Positions 53,679 through 64,000 of a DNA stretch of 64,000 nt are shown piece after piece; position 1 is the stretch's first letter; each line of letters starts with the position of its first letter. The DNA lies in the NCBI GenBank assembly GCA_051294375.1, contig CM119268.1:8427008-8491007 (forward strand), read 5' to 3'. The notes under the pieces were generated by a model. The model had not been told where the DNA came from, made no database searches, and saw nothing but the letters and a program-made list of their open reading frames with translations. Source of the stretch: Paraspadella gotoi. Its lineage: Eukaryota; Animalia; Chaetognatha. The position numbers and the translations under genes were made by a program.

Positions 53679-54530
53679 TATACAATTTAGCACACTGGTA
53701 TCTTGCTTTGTAAAATAAGTAGCCAGCTATGTATTTTTTTAAAATTTTAATATAATAAACAAGCAGTGGGTGAAGCTTTTTGTTTCCAGTTAAAGATAAT
53801 GAAATTGAAAAATGATGATTTTTTTTCACAGACAAGAAGGTTGACGTCCAAACTGTTTAAGTGTTTATATCAAACTGTAAAAAACTTTTAATTTATGACT
53901 TGACATATTTAAAACAATATTTTATCATGCTACTTCATTTATTTTTGCTTGTTTTTTACTTTAACGGAAAAATACATGCAAATTTATAGAGTAAAAAAAC
54001 TTTAATGTAATTCAGTCTTTCCTTTTTCAAAATAAAAAAAATCATAAAATTTGTTTTCATATATCTCGGAAACCATTGTAGGAATTTAAAAACGGTTTTT
54101 TGCAACTTAATATCATCCTCCAGGGACCGACAAAAAATATATACAAAATTAAACTGATATTATCTCTGGAGCGAGGTATCTATTTAATCGTTTTGAAAAC
54201 TTTATTGTCGTACAATTAAACAGCTTAATGTAAATAAATCTCACTGTTTTAAATTTCATTAAGCTTGTCCTCTTAAAAATAAATGTTTCTAACGATATCA
54301 ATTTTAACAATTAGGAATATTAACAATAAGGAATATTTATGTATCTAAAAAAGTCACTCAAGAGCATAGCATCCAATTTAGTGACTTGATTGAGTTGATA
54401 GTTAAGATGAATTAATGTTTTAAGAATCAACAAAAGTGGTCAGGATATATATTGGTAACTTAAGTTATGGCAGCTTAGATTGAAAATCGTGTAATGAATT
54501 TACACTGACACTGGCAGTTATGGGACCTTA

Positions 54531-54577
54531 CCTGTGACTCACTCACGCTGCCTTTTCTGTCGAACCTGCGGCTGAAG
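54531..54577 (-). CDS. Candidate exon end (…FSRRFDRKGSVSESQ) of a gene divergent from CCDC62-like
   Basis: Strong donor CAG|gtaagg. Only one frame is open. The 5' part is lost in an N gap. Confidence 0.3.
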
Positions 54578-54869
54578 NNNNNNNNNNNNNNNNNNNNNNN
54601 NNNNNNNNNNNNNNNNNNNNNNNNNNNNNNNNNNNNNNNNNNNNNNNNNNNNNNNNNNNATCTTCCCCTCGTCTTTTTGTTAAATTTTTCCTTATTTCTC
54701 TAATCACATTGTCTATTTCGTGCAAGTGATTCTAACCTACTTCTCACTTTTCTCTTTTGCTCCTCTCTCTCTTTTTTTCTTTCCTTTCTTTTCTCCGACT
54801 TCCTTCCATAATCTTCCTCCCTCATTTTCTCTCCCTAATTTGTAATTCAATCCCGAAAGAAGATTATGT

Positions 54870-54972
54870 TTGACGCGTTTCTTAGCGACGCGAAAGACGG
54901 CGCCGAGTTTCGCCGAAGGATATTTTTTTTTTTTTTTTTTTTTTTTGGACCAGCCGAGCGCGGGAAAAAGTC
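54870..54972. promoter_or_regulatory. CpG-rich candidate (possibly bidirectional) promoter with E2F-like sites
   Basis: GCGCGGGAAAA (TTTTCCCGCGC on -), ACGCGAAA, ACGCGT and GGCGCC lie just upstream of the CCDC62-like exons. Confidence 0.35.
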
Positions 54973-55149
54973 GGTTCGACACAAAGCTCATTCGCTGGAG
55001 AGAAATTCACTTTTCTAATAAAGAAAAATTAGGCTAAAGGCGGACGAAATGTCGCTTGAATTGGGATAGTGTGGCCATGAAAAGAAAGAAGACAAGGACA
55101 AAGACAGAAAAGTAGAAAATATAATATAAAGAAAAAGTTGATGTTTTGA

Positions 55150-55343
55150 TCCAACGGATCGGATAATCAGCTTACAGTACAATGTTTATCACCTTCACCT
55201 CAACGAGCCGATGGCGACACTTCACCGAATACCAATCACCATTACCGTTCACCACGTAAACAGTTTGTCGAACATATTGACGGGACCAAGAAAATCCTAG
55301 CACGATCATTTACGCCAATTCGATTTTCTTCGCTGACTGAAAA
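55150..55343 (+). CDS. Possible upstream exon of the CCDC62-like gene (SP/TP-rich; needs an indel correction)
   Basis: Open frame SNGSDNQLTVQCLSPSPQRADGDTSPNTNHHYRSPRKQ...FTPIRFSSLTE with donor gtaata. Phase is off by one base at an A-run, and no in-frame ATG is visible. Confidence 0.3.
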
Positions 55344-55394
55344 GTAATATAATTATTTATGAATCTCCTCATTTCCCATCTCTCTCTCCCGCAG

Positions 55395-55571
55395 CTGACC
55401 AGCGCCCTGCGCCCCTCTTCTTCTTCCTCTCCTTCCCGCGGCCACGCTTCTCGCGCTTCCGTCGCCCTCGCGACCGGAAGCGCTTCCCGCCCCGACGCCA
55501 CCACGGCGTCGCCACTCAAACCCCGTTCAAGCAGCCCCGTCATCGCTCGGGCTTCCACCGTCGCCTTTCAG
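55395..55571 (+). CDS. CCDC62: CCDC62-like gene, Ser/Pro-rich N-terminal exon
   Basis: Polypyrimidine tract + ccgcag| acceptor, CAG|gtataa donor, 177 nt, phase 0-0, joins the next exon in frame. Not itself homologous to vertebrate CCDC62. Confidence 0.65.
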
Positions 55572-55583
55572 GTATAATGTTGA

Positions 55584-55619
<36 letters not shown>

Positions 55620-56576
55620 NNNNNNNNNNNNNNNNNNNNNNNNNNNNNNNNNNNNNNNNNNNNNNNNNNNNNNNNNNNNNNNNNNNNNNNNNNNNNNNNN
55701 NNNNNNNNNNNNNNNNNNNNNNNNNNNNNNNNNNNNNNNNNNNNNNNNNNNNNNNNNNNNNNNNNNNNNNNNNNNNNNNNNNNNNNNNNNNNNNNNNNNN
55801 NNNNNNNNNNNNNNNNNNNNNNNNNNNNNNNNNNNNNNNNNNNNNNNNNNNNNNNNNNNNNNNNNNNNNNNNNNNNNNNNNNNNNNNNNNNNNNNNNNNN
55901 NNNNNNNNNNNNNNNNNNNNNNNNNNNNNNNNNNNNNNNNNATGCCTGATATCTTCTCTCTGCTCTCAGCCGATCGAAAACACAATTCCAGCCTCCTAAT
56001 TAAANNNNNNNNNNTTTCGCTTCTTTTCTTCGCAAACCGAATAAGCAGAGGCACGAGACAGAGTCGTTGTTGTCGTCGTAATTGGCGTCGTCGTTGTTGT
56101 TGTTGTTGTCGTCTTCGTTCTCCTTTTGTGGTCGAAGGTCGAGAGATTTTCATTTCGTAAAGATTCGCCTCTTTCGGGAATGGCGAAGTTTAAATCGGTC
56201 CGTTGGGGAAAATTCAGTTCATTGTTGCNNNNNNNNNNNNNNNNNNNNNNNNNNNNNNNNNNNNNNNNNNNNNNNNNNNNNNNNNNNNNNNNNNNNNNNN
56301 NNNNNNNNNNNNNNNNNNNNNNNNNNNNNNNNNNNNNNNNNNNNNNNNNNNNNNNNNNNNNNNNNNNNNNNNNNNNNNNNNNNNNNNNNNNNNNNNNNNN
56401 NNNNNNNNNNNNNNNNNNNNNNNNNNNNNNNNNNNNNNNNNNNNNNNNNNNNNNNNNNNNNNNNNNNNNNNNNNNNNNNNNNNNNNNNNNNNNNNNNNAA
56501 AAAAAAATTTAAAAAACTATTCCGCGTTTGTTTGCAAAATGGAAAAAAAATGTCAAAATCCCAAATTTATTTTCAG

Positions 56577-56636
56577 GGAAATTATGCGTCGGAAGTGGAA
56601 AACTCGACGATTCACAAGCAGAGACGGGAGCTGCAG
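56577..56636 (+). CDS. CCDC62: CCDC62-like exon (GNYASEVENSTIHKQRRELQ)
   Basis: ttttcag| ... CAG|gtaacg. Matches the recalled human CCDC62 segment SEVEISTIEKQRKELQ. Confidence 0.9.
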
Positions 56637-57404
56637 GTAACGAGATCTGAGTTGTCGTTGTCGTTGTCGTTGTCGTTGTCATCAATGTCGTTTATCATCG
56701 GCATATCATCGTTAATATCATCATTATCGTAACATCGTCGTCATCGTGTTTATCATCATGACACTCATCTTCTTCATTATCTTTATTAAAATTTTAAGTG
56801 AATAACATCTTATGATCATGACATCATGATTATCATCATTACGATCCTTTATAATCCTGAAAAAAAGAGAGAGATCCCCCTTTCCCCTTCCCCTCATTTC
56901 CCCGCTTTTACCGGCCCATGCGCTTTCCCCCTGTCCTTTTCCCCTCTTGCCCCTACTCCTTTCCCCCCTCCTCTTTTCCCTTCCCGCTCTCGCTGTGCCC
57001 GCCTTCCTTTCCCACTTGCCCCTTGCCCTCATTCGCTTTCCGCCCTTCCCTCCCTCCTCCTGGCTCCTTTTCCGTCCTTGCCCCCTTCCTCCTCCTTTCT
57101 CCGGGCCTTCCCTTCGCTTGTCCTTCCTCCCTTCCCTGCCTGTCCTGTTCGCCCTTTGTCGCTCGCTCCTTCCCCCCTTCCGCTCCCTTCTCCCTCTCCT
57201 TTCTCGCCTTCGCTTTCCCCACTTTCACCTTCCCGCTCCCTCCTTTCCTCGCCTTTGCCAGGCGCTCCATATGCCATNNNNNNNNNNNNNNNNNNNNNNN
57301 NNNNNNNNNNNNNNNNNNNNNNNNNNNNNNNNNNNNNNNNNNNNNNNNNNNNNNNNNNNNNNNNNNNNNNNNNNNNNNNNNNNNNNNNNNNNNNNNNNNN
57401 NNNN

Positions 57405-57531
57405 CAAGAGCTGAAGGACCGCGACCGAGAACTCAACGTCATGGTGGCGCAACATCAAAAACAAATGGCCGCTTGGGACGAAGACAGACAAAAGCTCCTC
57501 TCTCTGGAGCATAAATGCGGTCGACAAGACG
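57405..57531 (+). CDS. CCDC62: CCDC62-like exon, 5' end in gap (QELKDRDRELNVMVAQHQKQMAAWDEDRQKLLSLEHKCGRQDG)
   Basis: Matches the recalled human segment ELKDRDKELNDMVAVHQQQLLSWEEDRQKVLTLEERC. Phase 1 donor G|gtgaga. Confidence 0.92.
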
Positions 57532-57745
57532 GTGAGAAGTGGATCAGGGAAGTAAGGAGTCGGGAGAGAAGAGAGGGTTAGGATAGACAAAAGCCTCTCT
57601 CTCTGGAGCATATATGCGGTCGACAAGACGATGAGAAGTGGAGCAGGGAAGTAAGAAGTCGGGAGAGAAGAGAGGGTTAGGATAAACAAAAGCTCCTCTC
57701 TGGAGCACAAATGCGGTCGACAAGACGGTGAAGAGTGGAGCAGGT
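57483..57745 (+). repeat. 99-bp tandem repeat (~2.7 copies) spanning the exon end and splice donor
   Basis: Units start at 57483, 57582 and 57681. Confidence 0.93.
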
Positions 57746-59771
57746 AGGGGGCAGGGAAGGTGAGTTCCGACGACGGGAGATCGAAGTTGAGGAACTGAGA
57801 TTAATGAGAGATGCGAGGAGAATGGGCGACGATCAGCGAGAAAATGGGTGAGGTATTAGCGCGGTGAAGAAGATAAGTTTGTGTGAGACGAGAAAGGTCG
57901 AAGCGTGAGAGGAGAAGCGAAAGGTGAGGTTATATGAGGAAAAGAGGGTGGAAAGGGTAAGTTTAGTGATTTTGGAGCTAAGAAGAGAGAAGAAATTTGG
58001 GCTCGTGAGGTCAAGGTGAGGGTCAGGTTAAAGAAAGCACCGAGGTTTGGAAAAAAAGTTAAAGATTGACCGCATACGAATCTGACGTTAACGAAGGAAG
58101 GGGTGATGAGCGTGATGATCGGTGATGAGCGGTGAGTAACGGTGAGAAGCGGTCGTCTCGAAATGTTTAGCAAGCCGGCGGCGAGAGAAAAGGGGTCAAA
58201 CTCAAAGCATTGTGCGAAAGACGTTCTAAAGAGAAAAAAGAGACAAAAAGGAAGAGATAAGTGGAGCAAAAAGGATTAGTGACGAGAAAATAAGAAAGGA
58301 GAGACAAGAGAAGAAAAGGAGAGAGATAAGTAGAACGAAAAAAGGATTAACGAAAATAAAAGGAAAAGAGAAAAGAAAAGGTAAGATAAGATAAGTGGAG
58401 AAAATGAGAAACGGAGAAAAGACATTTTTCAAGCAGCACGTCGCTCTCATGCGGATCGGTTTTTCTTGAAAAAAAAAATATTGTTTATCCGCCGAAAATG
58501 TATTCAGAGGAGCGCCTAAAAAGAACTCTGTTTACCCCCATGAAATTTTTTTACAATTTGAGATTAACTTTCATTTTAGTTGAGTTATTTAAACTGGATT
58601 GGAGCTGGAAGAAGTATTTGCAGACGGGTGATAAACAACTTACTTTTTACAATATTAGGGAAAAATCGTTTATTTATTGAATGAATTGATTAGTATTATA
58701 TTGGTTGTACATCTCTCATATTTATAGTACCTAGGAACAAATATTTTTTATACTCTTTATGAAAATATGTAAGATTACTTGTTTTACTATATTAGACTTT
58801 ATGTACTTTATGTCATATTTCGGTTTGCAATATTCTCGATGCAAAAGGCTAAACGATACAAAAAAGTTAATTACAATAAAGAGAAAGGAAGGCGCCGTTG
58901 ATGGCTTGATGCAGACATTGCAAATTGTAAACACTGACAAAAGAAATGACAACGACGACAAAAAAAAAATCCGAGAAAACTGGAAATAGACGACGTCATC
59001 GAAATGAAAGATGAGCTCCAAGTTATAAAAAAAAAGAATCGACGGCCGCGGTGACATCTCGGGGCGAAAAAAAAAAACTAAAGCGAATCGCTGCCTCGTT
59101 TATTGTTAGTATGTTTGGTTCCGAAGACGAAATCGACTTTTGGAAAATAGAAGCTTTAGTAAACAAGTGCGCAATCACAGCCGCCGCCGCTGCTGCCGCC
59201 GCTTCCCCCGCTGCAGACGCTGTCGCCGCCTCGAGCGAAATCTTAACGACTTCATCTTTCATTCGCCAATGAAAGTTTTTATCTTTTTCCGTTCGTGGAT
59301 AGTTCTTGTTGTTGTTGTTGTCATCGTCTTCGTCGTCTACGTTTTTACGCATCTCGAGCTTAATTATTTTGGTTTAATCGTTTTTGGTTGACCGTAATCA
59401 ACAACCCATGAAGGCGAAGCCTTCTNNNNNNNNNNNNNNNNNNNNNNNNNCTGAAAGAGAGAGAGAGAGGAGAGAAGAGGACGAGAAGAGAGGAAAGAGG
59501 AGAGGAACGATACAGCTTGTCCAGGAAAAAAAAAAGCGCCAACTTTATTTCAGACTTTAAAAATCACCTATGAACTTTATTTTTTGAAAGATTAATTATT
59601 TAAAAATTATTAGTTGAAAGATAAGTTGGCATAATTTTTATTTATAATCGCGGCCATCCGTTTTTAGGAAGCAGTGATTGTTTTAAAATAAAGTATTTTA
59701 CGCAGGCAAAAACTGAATCAAAAAAGAAATATTTAAAAAAAATGTTTTTATATTTAACAATATAAATTCTT

Positions 59772-59972
59772 AGAAATAGTTAAAAGGATGAAACAAAAAA
59801 TTTGTTGTAATAACTAATTTTTTTTTATTATTGTACATGTTTCGACTCTTTAATGTTACGGAGTTATCGAGGCTGATACAAGACTCGTACCACTAAAGAG
59901 TCGGAACAGTTGTACAATAATAAAAAAAATTGTTATTACACACAAATTTTTTGTTCATTTTAAACTATTTTT
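59772..59972. repeat. Foldback with ~95-bp imperfect inverted arms (probable inverted Penelope-type pLTR or MITE) in a CCDC62-like intron
   Basis: AAATAGTT...TTATTATTGTACA.TGTTTCGACTCTTTA is mirrored by TAAAGAGTCGGAACAGTTGTACAATAATAA...AACTATTT. Confidence 0.85.
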
Positions 59973-61563
59973 AAATAGTAATAAAAGAAAGTCAAAATAC
60001 AAATTTAAATTTAAAACATAATGTGTAACACTAAGAAGTACGGATGGAGATGAAGTATAGCTGGGATTGCCCCAAAGATCCTTAAGTGTAATCTTAAAGT
60101 TTATTAAACAAGTCGATGAAAAGACGGATCTATAATTTTAAAGTTTTTATACGGAATTTTAAATGAGAGGTTAAATGAAATGATCAATATACATGTGGAG
60201 AGAGAGAGAGTTAAATAGAAAGTAGAGAGCTATTCTGATAAAATAATTGTTAGATTTTACACCCTGGATAAAAAGAATCCGCTAAATTTTTTTATTTTAA
60301 ACTCTCAATAAGTCCAGCTTGCTTATTTCTTATTTGTTAGATATGGGCTTATCAGTAGAGAGACGATAGAGATGTGATAAGTTTGAAAAAAAAATTGTTT
60401 TTTATAAAATTAGTAGAACGTCAAGTATAAGTGAAAAGGAAAATGATATCCAGTCTTTAATAACTAAGAAGTTATTATCTGTCTTCTATATTTGAAATAA
60501 GACTTTCTGTTATAAATATATTTTTTATTAAAAAAAAAAATATTTTATAATTTTATTTATACAAATATAAAAACATTACACATGTGTTTAAACCAATTCT
60601 GAATGTCAAAAACTTTTTTACAACCACAATGATACTCAAATGATAGCTTTTTGATTATTTTTATAAAATGTTTTGATAAGATATAAGAAATAAAAATAAT
60701 TCGGATATAGATTTAAAGAAATCGATTTTCCCAAGTTAGTTTTGGGAAATACTTCAGTTTAGAAAATTATAATCTCTTAAACCAACTATGACCAGATTGT
60801 AAAAATAAAATTTAATCATATTGGATTCTTTCTTTTAACAAATTTTAATTTTTAATATAAAAAATTTTTAAGAAATGTTCTTTTATAGTTATCTTAAATT
60901 TAAGTTATAAAGGAGACAAAATTTTTTTTGTACCAGGAGTACATTTAGAGGTGAAGAGCAAACTCAGAACAAAAAAATAGTATTTGAAATGATTTAATCG
61001 AACTCAGAATATATTAGATGTGAGGATAGATATGAAGTTAACTAGGTAATAATACAAATATTTTGTTCATATTGTTGGTATACAGGAAATAGTGAATAAT
61101 AATATATTTGTAATAATATTCTTATAAAATTAGTAAATTTTAATAAAGATTCAGATTCTTCATAAAAAGTTTAAATCAAAAATAGTGAACAAAATAATAT
61201 CAAAATTACATAATTCGAATTCTACAAGACAATATTTAAAAAATAGGAAAAAAGAAATAAAAATTTTATCATTTTTTTATTCTCATGTTACTGAAACTTT
61301 ATGTATGTTAAAACTTTTTAGTCATAGTTTTGCGATACTAAACATTAAAATATAAAAAATGACGACCGAGTTTGAAAAGCACTTTGTGCCGAACTCACCC
61401 AAAAAAGATGTGACTAGAATGCAAAGCTGCTCAAAAAATAAAAGAAAAGGGAAAAAAATAATCGCCTATTTTCACCGGCCTCTTTCCTCTTCCATCCTTT
61501 CCCCCCCTCACCCTCATTACACCCACCTAATCCACCCACAACTCCAAACCACCCCATCCTCAG

Positions 61564-61763
61564 GCGAATTGAATTCGATGACGCAAAAGGTGACGTCGCT
61601 CACGGTTCACGTGAAGTCGTTGGAACACGAAACGTCGTCGCTGCGCTCGTCGCTCGACTCGGCGCACGCGCAGGTGAAGGCGTTGGCGACGGACAACGGA
61701 GACGTGAAAACGCGAGCGGATCAGCTGGAGTCACAGAACAACAGACTCGCCAATAGCGTGAAG
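61564..61763 (+). CDS. CCDC62: CCDC62-like coiled-coil exon (G|ELNSMTQKVTSLTVHVKSLEHE...LESQNNRLANSVK)
   Basis: cctcag| acceptor in phase 1 matches the previous donor; AAG|gtgagt donor. Aligns with the recalled human segment GELHKRTEIIRSLTKKVKALE...LEARNETLSNTLV. No later exon recognised within the window. Confidence 0.88.
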
Positions 61764-63471
61764 GTGAGTGGTTTTGGGGGTGATGGTGAGTGGTGAGGGG
61801 GTGAACGGTGAAGAGGGAATGACGGAAGACGAGAGGGCTATGACATCAGTACTTGGCAATATTTTGTATTTTTGTATTTTATGTACATCGTGAATAAACG
61901 TTTACAAAACTTCTGATGGGAGAAGGAAAAATCTCTCACGATAATGGAAAAAAAAAATTCGGTCCCCGGATGTAGATCGACGACATTATTGTGGCTTCCG
62001 TATGAAAAAAAAGAAAATGGGGTTCGAGTTTCGGGGTCGAAGAAACGAGAATCGATTTCGTCTCACACGAGATTTCGATCACGTGACACCGAGGAGGGCG
62101 CGAGTGGCGAGTGCTCTCGGGAGAGTGCCAGAGCGAGACGAGATCTTTGGAGATTGTTGAGGCTCAAGAGTCCCTCTCTTTCTCTCTATCTCTCTCTCTC
62201 TCTTTCTCTCTTTCTCTCTCTCTGTCTGCGTATTTCCTGTTTGTCTCTGTCTCTGTTTCCCTGAGACTCGATTCGCTTTACTCGATCTTTATGAGAAATA
62301 AATTTTGCTTTCTAAGAATCTTTATTCCCAAAGGCGAGAATGATTTTATGGCAACGCAAACTCTCTTTCTNNNNNNNNNNNNNNNNNNNNNNNNNNNNNN
62401 NNNNNNNNNNNNNNNNNNNNNNNNNNNNNNNNNNNNNNNNNNNNNNNNNNNNNNNNNNNNNNNNNNNNNNNNNNNNNNNNNNNNNNNNNNNNNNNNNNNN
62501 NNNNNNNNNNNNNNNNNNNNNNNNNNNNNNNNNNNNNGTCATCAGAAGTATGATGTCGTATGATGCTTTATTTTAGTCTCTTCTTTTCTTTTACTTTCTT
62601 TCGGCCGCTGGTATCTTCAATTTGCCTATTCGCTTTCTTCTCAACTTCCCTATTTGTCAACACGCTTCATTATCAATGTATTTAGCAATTTTATTTTAAT
62701 TCTTTGTTTCCTCTTTTGTTTTGACCCTCGCAATTAAACAACTCCTTTCAACTAAACAGTTAAATTCCTAAGTCGCTTTCGGCGCGCTAACAATGGCGTC
62801 GGGGTTCCATCGGTTCGCCTCGGCATTGAGACTTGATGGACCGAATTCTTTTGTTTGAAATTAGACGCCCTCTAGTAGTAAACTCGGAAACGATGTGGCG
62901 GCGTAGAAGGACAATTGCGTCAATGACGACGAGGGAACGTGGGCCATTTGGTTTAATGATAACCACGAGGCAAACAACAAAGACGACTACGGCAATAAAG
63001 AAATATTGTTCGTTAAAGAATAACGAGTTTAACTTTAACATCGTTACCGACGACAATAATCGCGAATTTAACAAAAATGAACTTTGATCACACCTGATCT
63101 ACACTTCCGATGATCCTTTAATCTTGCTTTAAGCTTGAAGAGAACGTAATGTTTTTTTGTTTACTTTTTTTTTGGTTTTGTTTTTTTTTATTTTGTCCGT
63201 TTCGCACTTCACGCTGCGAAGAAAGAGCGAACGTTTTTTCTTTCTTTTTTTTTCTGTCTTTCTTTCTTTTTTTTTTCTTTCTTTCTTTCTCTCTTTATTT
63301 TTTTCTTTCTTTTCTTTCTCTTTTTCTTTGATTCTTTCTTTCTTTCTTTGTCCATTTTCTCTTTTTTTTATTTCCTTCCCTATCCATTTGTTGACGGAGA
63401 GCGAGAGGTTTTGTATTTGTCGGGAATGGCAAGTGGTCCTCCTCGTGTCGTTATCGTTGGGAAGTGGGGGG

Positions 63472-63712
63472 TGGCGGAAGTGACGAGGTGGGCATGAGGA
63501 AAGTGGGCAGGGCGGAATTGGGCAGGGCGGAAGTTGGCTTGGGCATGGGCGGGCCAAGTGAGCATGAAGAAATTGGTTTTGGTGGAAGTGTGTGAATTAA
63601 CTCGGCGGAAGTGTCGATGTAGTTGCCCTGGCGGAAGAAGGCGAGGTAAAGTGGTCTTTGGTAAAGTGGGAATAGCGGAAATAGGCGTGGTAGAAGTAGG
63701 CGTGGCCGAAGA
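63472..63712. repeat. Degenerate 15-bp periodic G-rich repeat (GGCGGAAGTGGGCAG-like), possibly DNA-transposon subterminal repeats
   Basis: The periodicity shows as a 5-aa repeat GKVVF/GKVGI/AEIGV/VEVGV in the overlapping ORF. Confidence 0.6.
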
Positions 63713-64000
63713 GGAGACGCTAAAGCCTCTCGGTGAGAGAAAACCTGCTCAGGAGCAGGAGCCCAAGTTTGAAGGAATATTCTCGATTCCTGAAGAGCAT
63801 TTTTTGTATACGACCAAATTTTTTTCGCCAAAGTTATGGCGCGACCTTCCTAAGAAATTGGACGAAAGGCAGGCGACTCGCTCATGGAAAGAAGAAAAAG
63901 GAGGAAAATATGATCCCTCAAAAGATCCTATTTGGCCATTATGTAAGTTCCTTTGACACACCCACCTTTATATCGAAAAGATGGCTGTCTTTCCCGGTTA

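Noticed and set aside
56870-57270. Pro-rich ORFs in a 400-bp pyrimidine tract
   Set aside because: Intronic, noisy C/T low-complexity sequence between two clear CCDC62-like exons.

Overview
Repeat-rich, intron-rich animal (invertebrate-like) genomic scaffold with many N gaps and abundant (AG)n, (GAC)n, (AAT)n, (ATAG)n and (AAAG)n microsatellites. Most ORFs in the supplied track are low-complexity artefacts. About 15 kb between 9.6 and 38 kb consists of indel-rich re-copies of neighbouring sequence, most likely unpolished long-read gap fill. The best-supported gene is a spliced CCDC62-like coiled-coil gene on + (exons 55395-55571, 56577-56636, 57405-57531, 61564-61763). Weaker candidates are a two-exon + gene start at 1493/4138 and scattered - strand exons. 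Mobile DNA includes a 5'-truncated LINE, Helentron-associated (HINE/DINE-1-like) elements, a probable Penelope-like fragment, two foldbacks with hammerhead-like cores, and a tRNA-derived SINE. The main result is a set of circularly permuted (type P5) twister self-cleaving ribozymes of two sequence families: 34805-34884 inside the SINE, and 3908-3970 plus 50746-50807. Their pseudoknots covary between families. In both families the P1 stem is reduced to a short palindrome, which suggests dimer-dependent cleavage. All calls were made by eye; no searches or folding programs were run.
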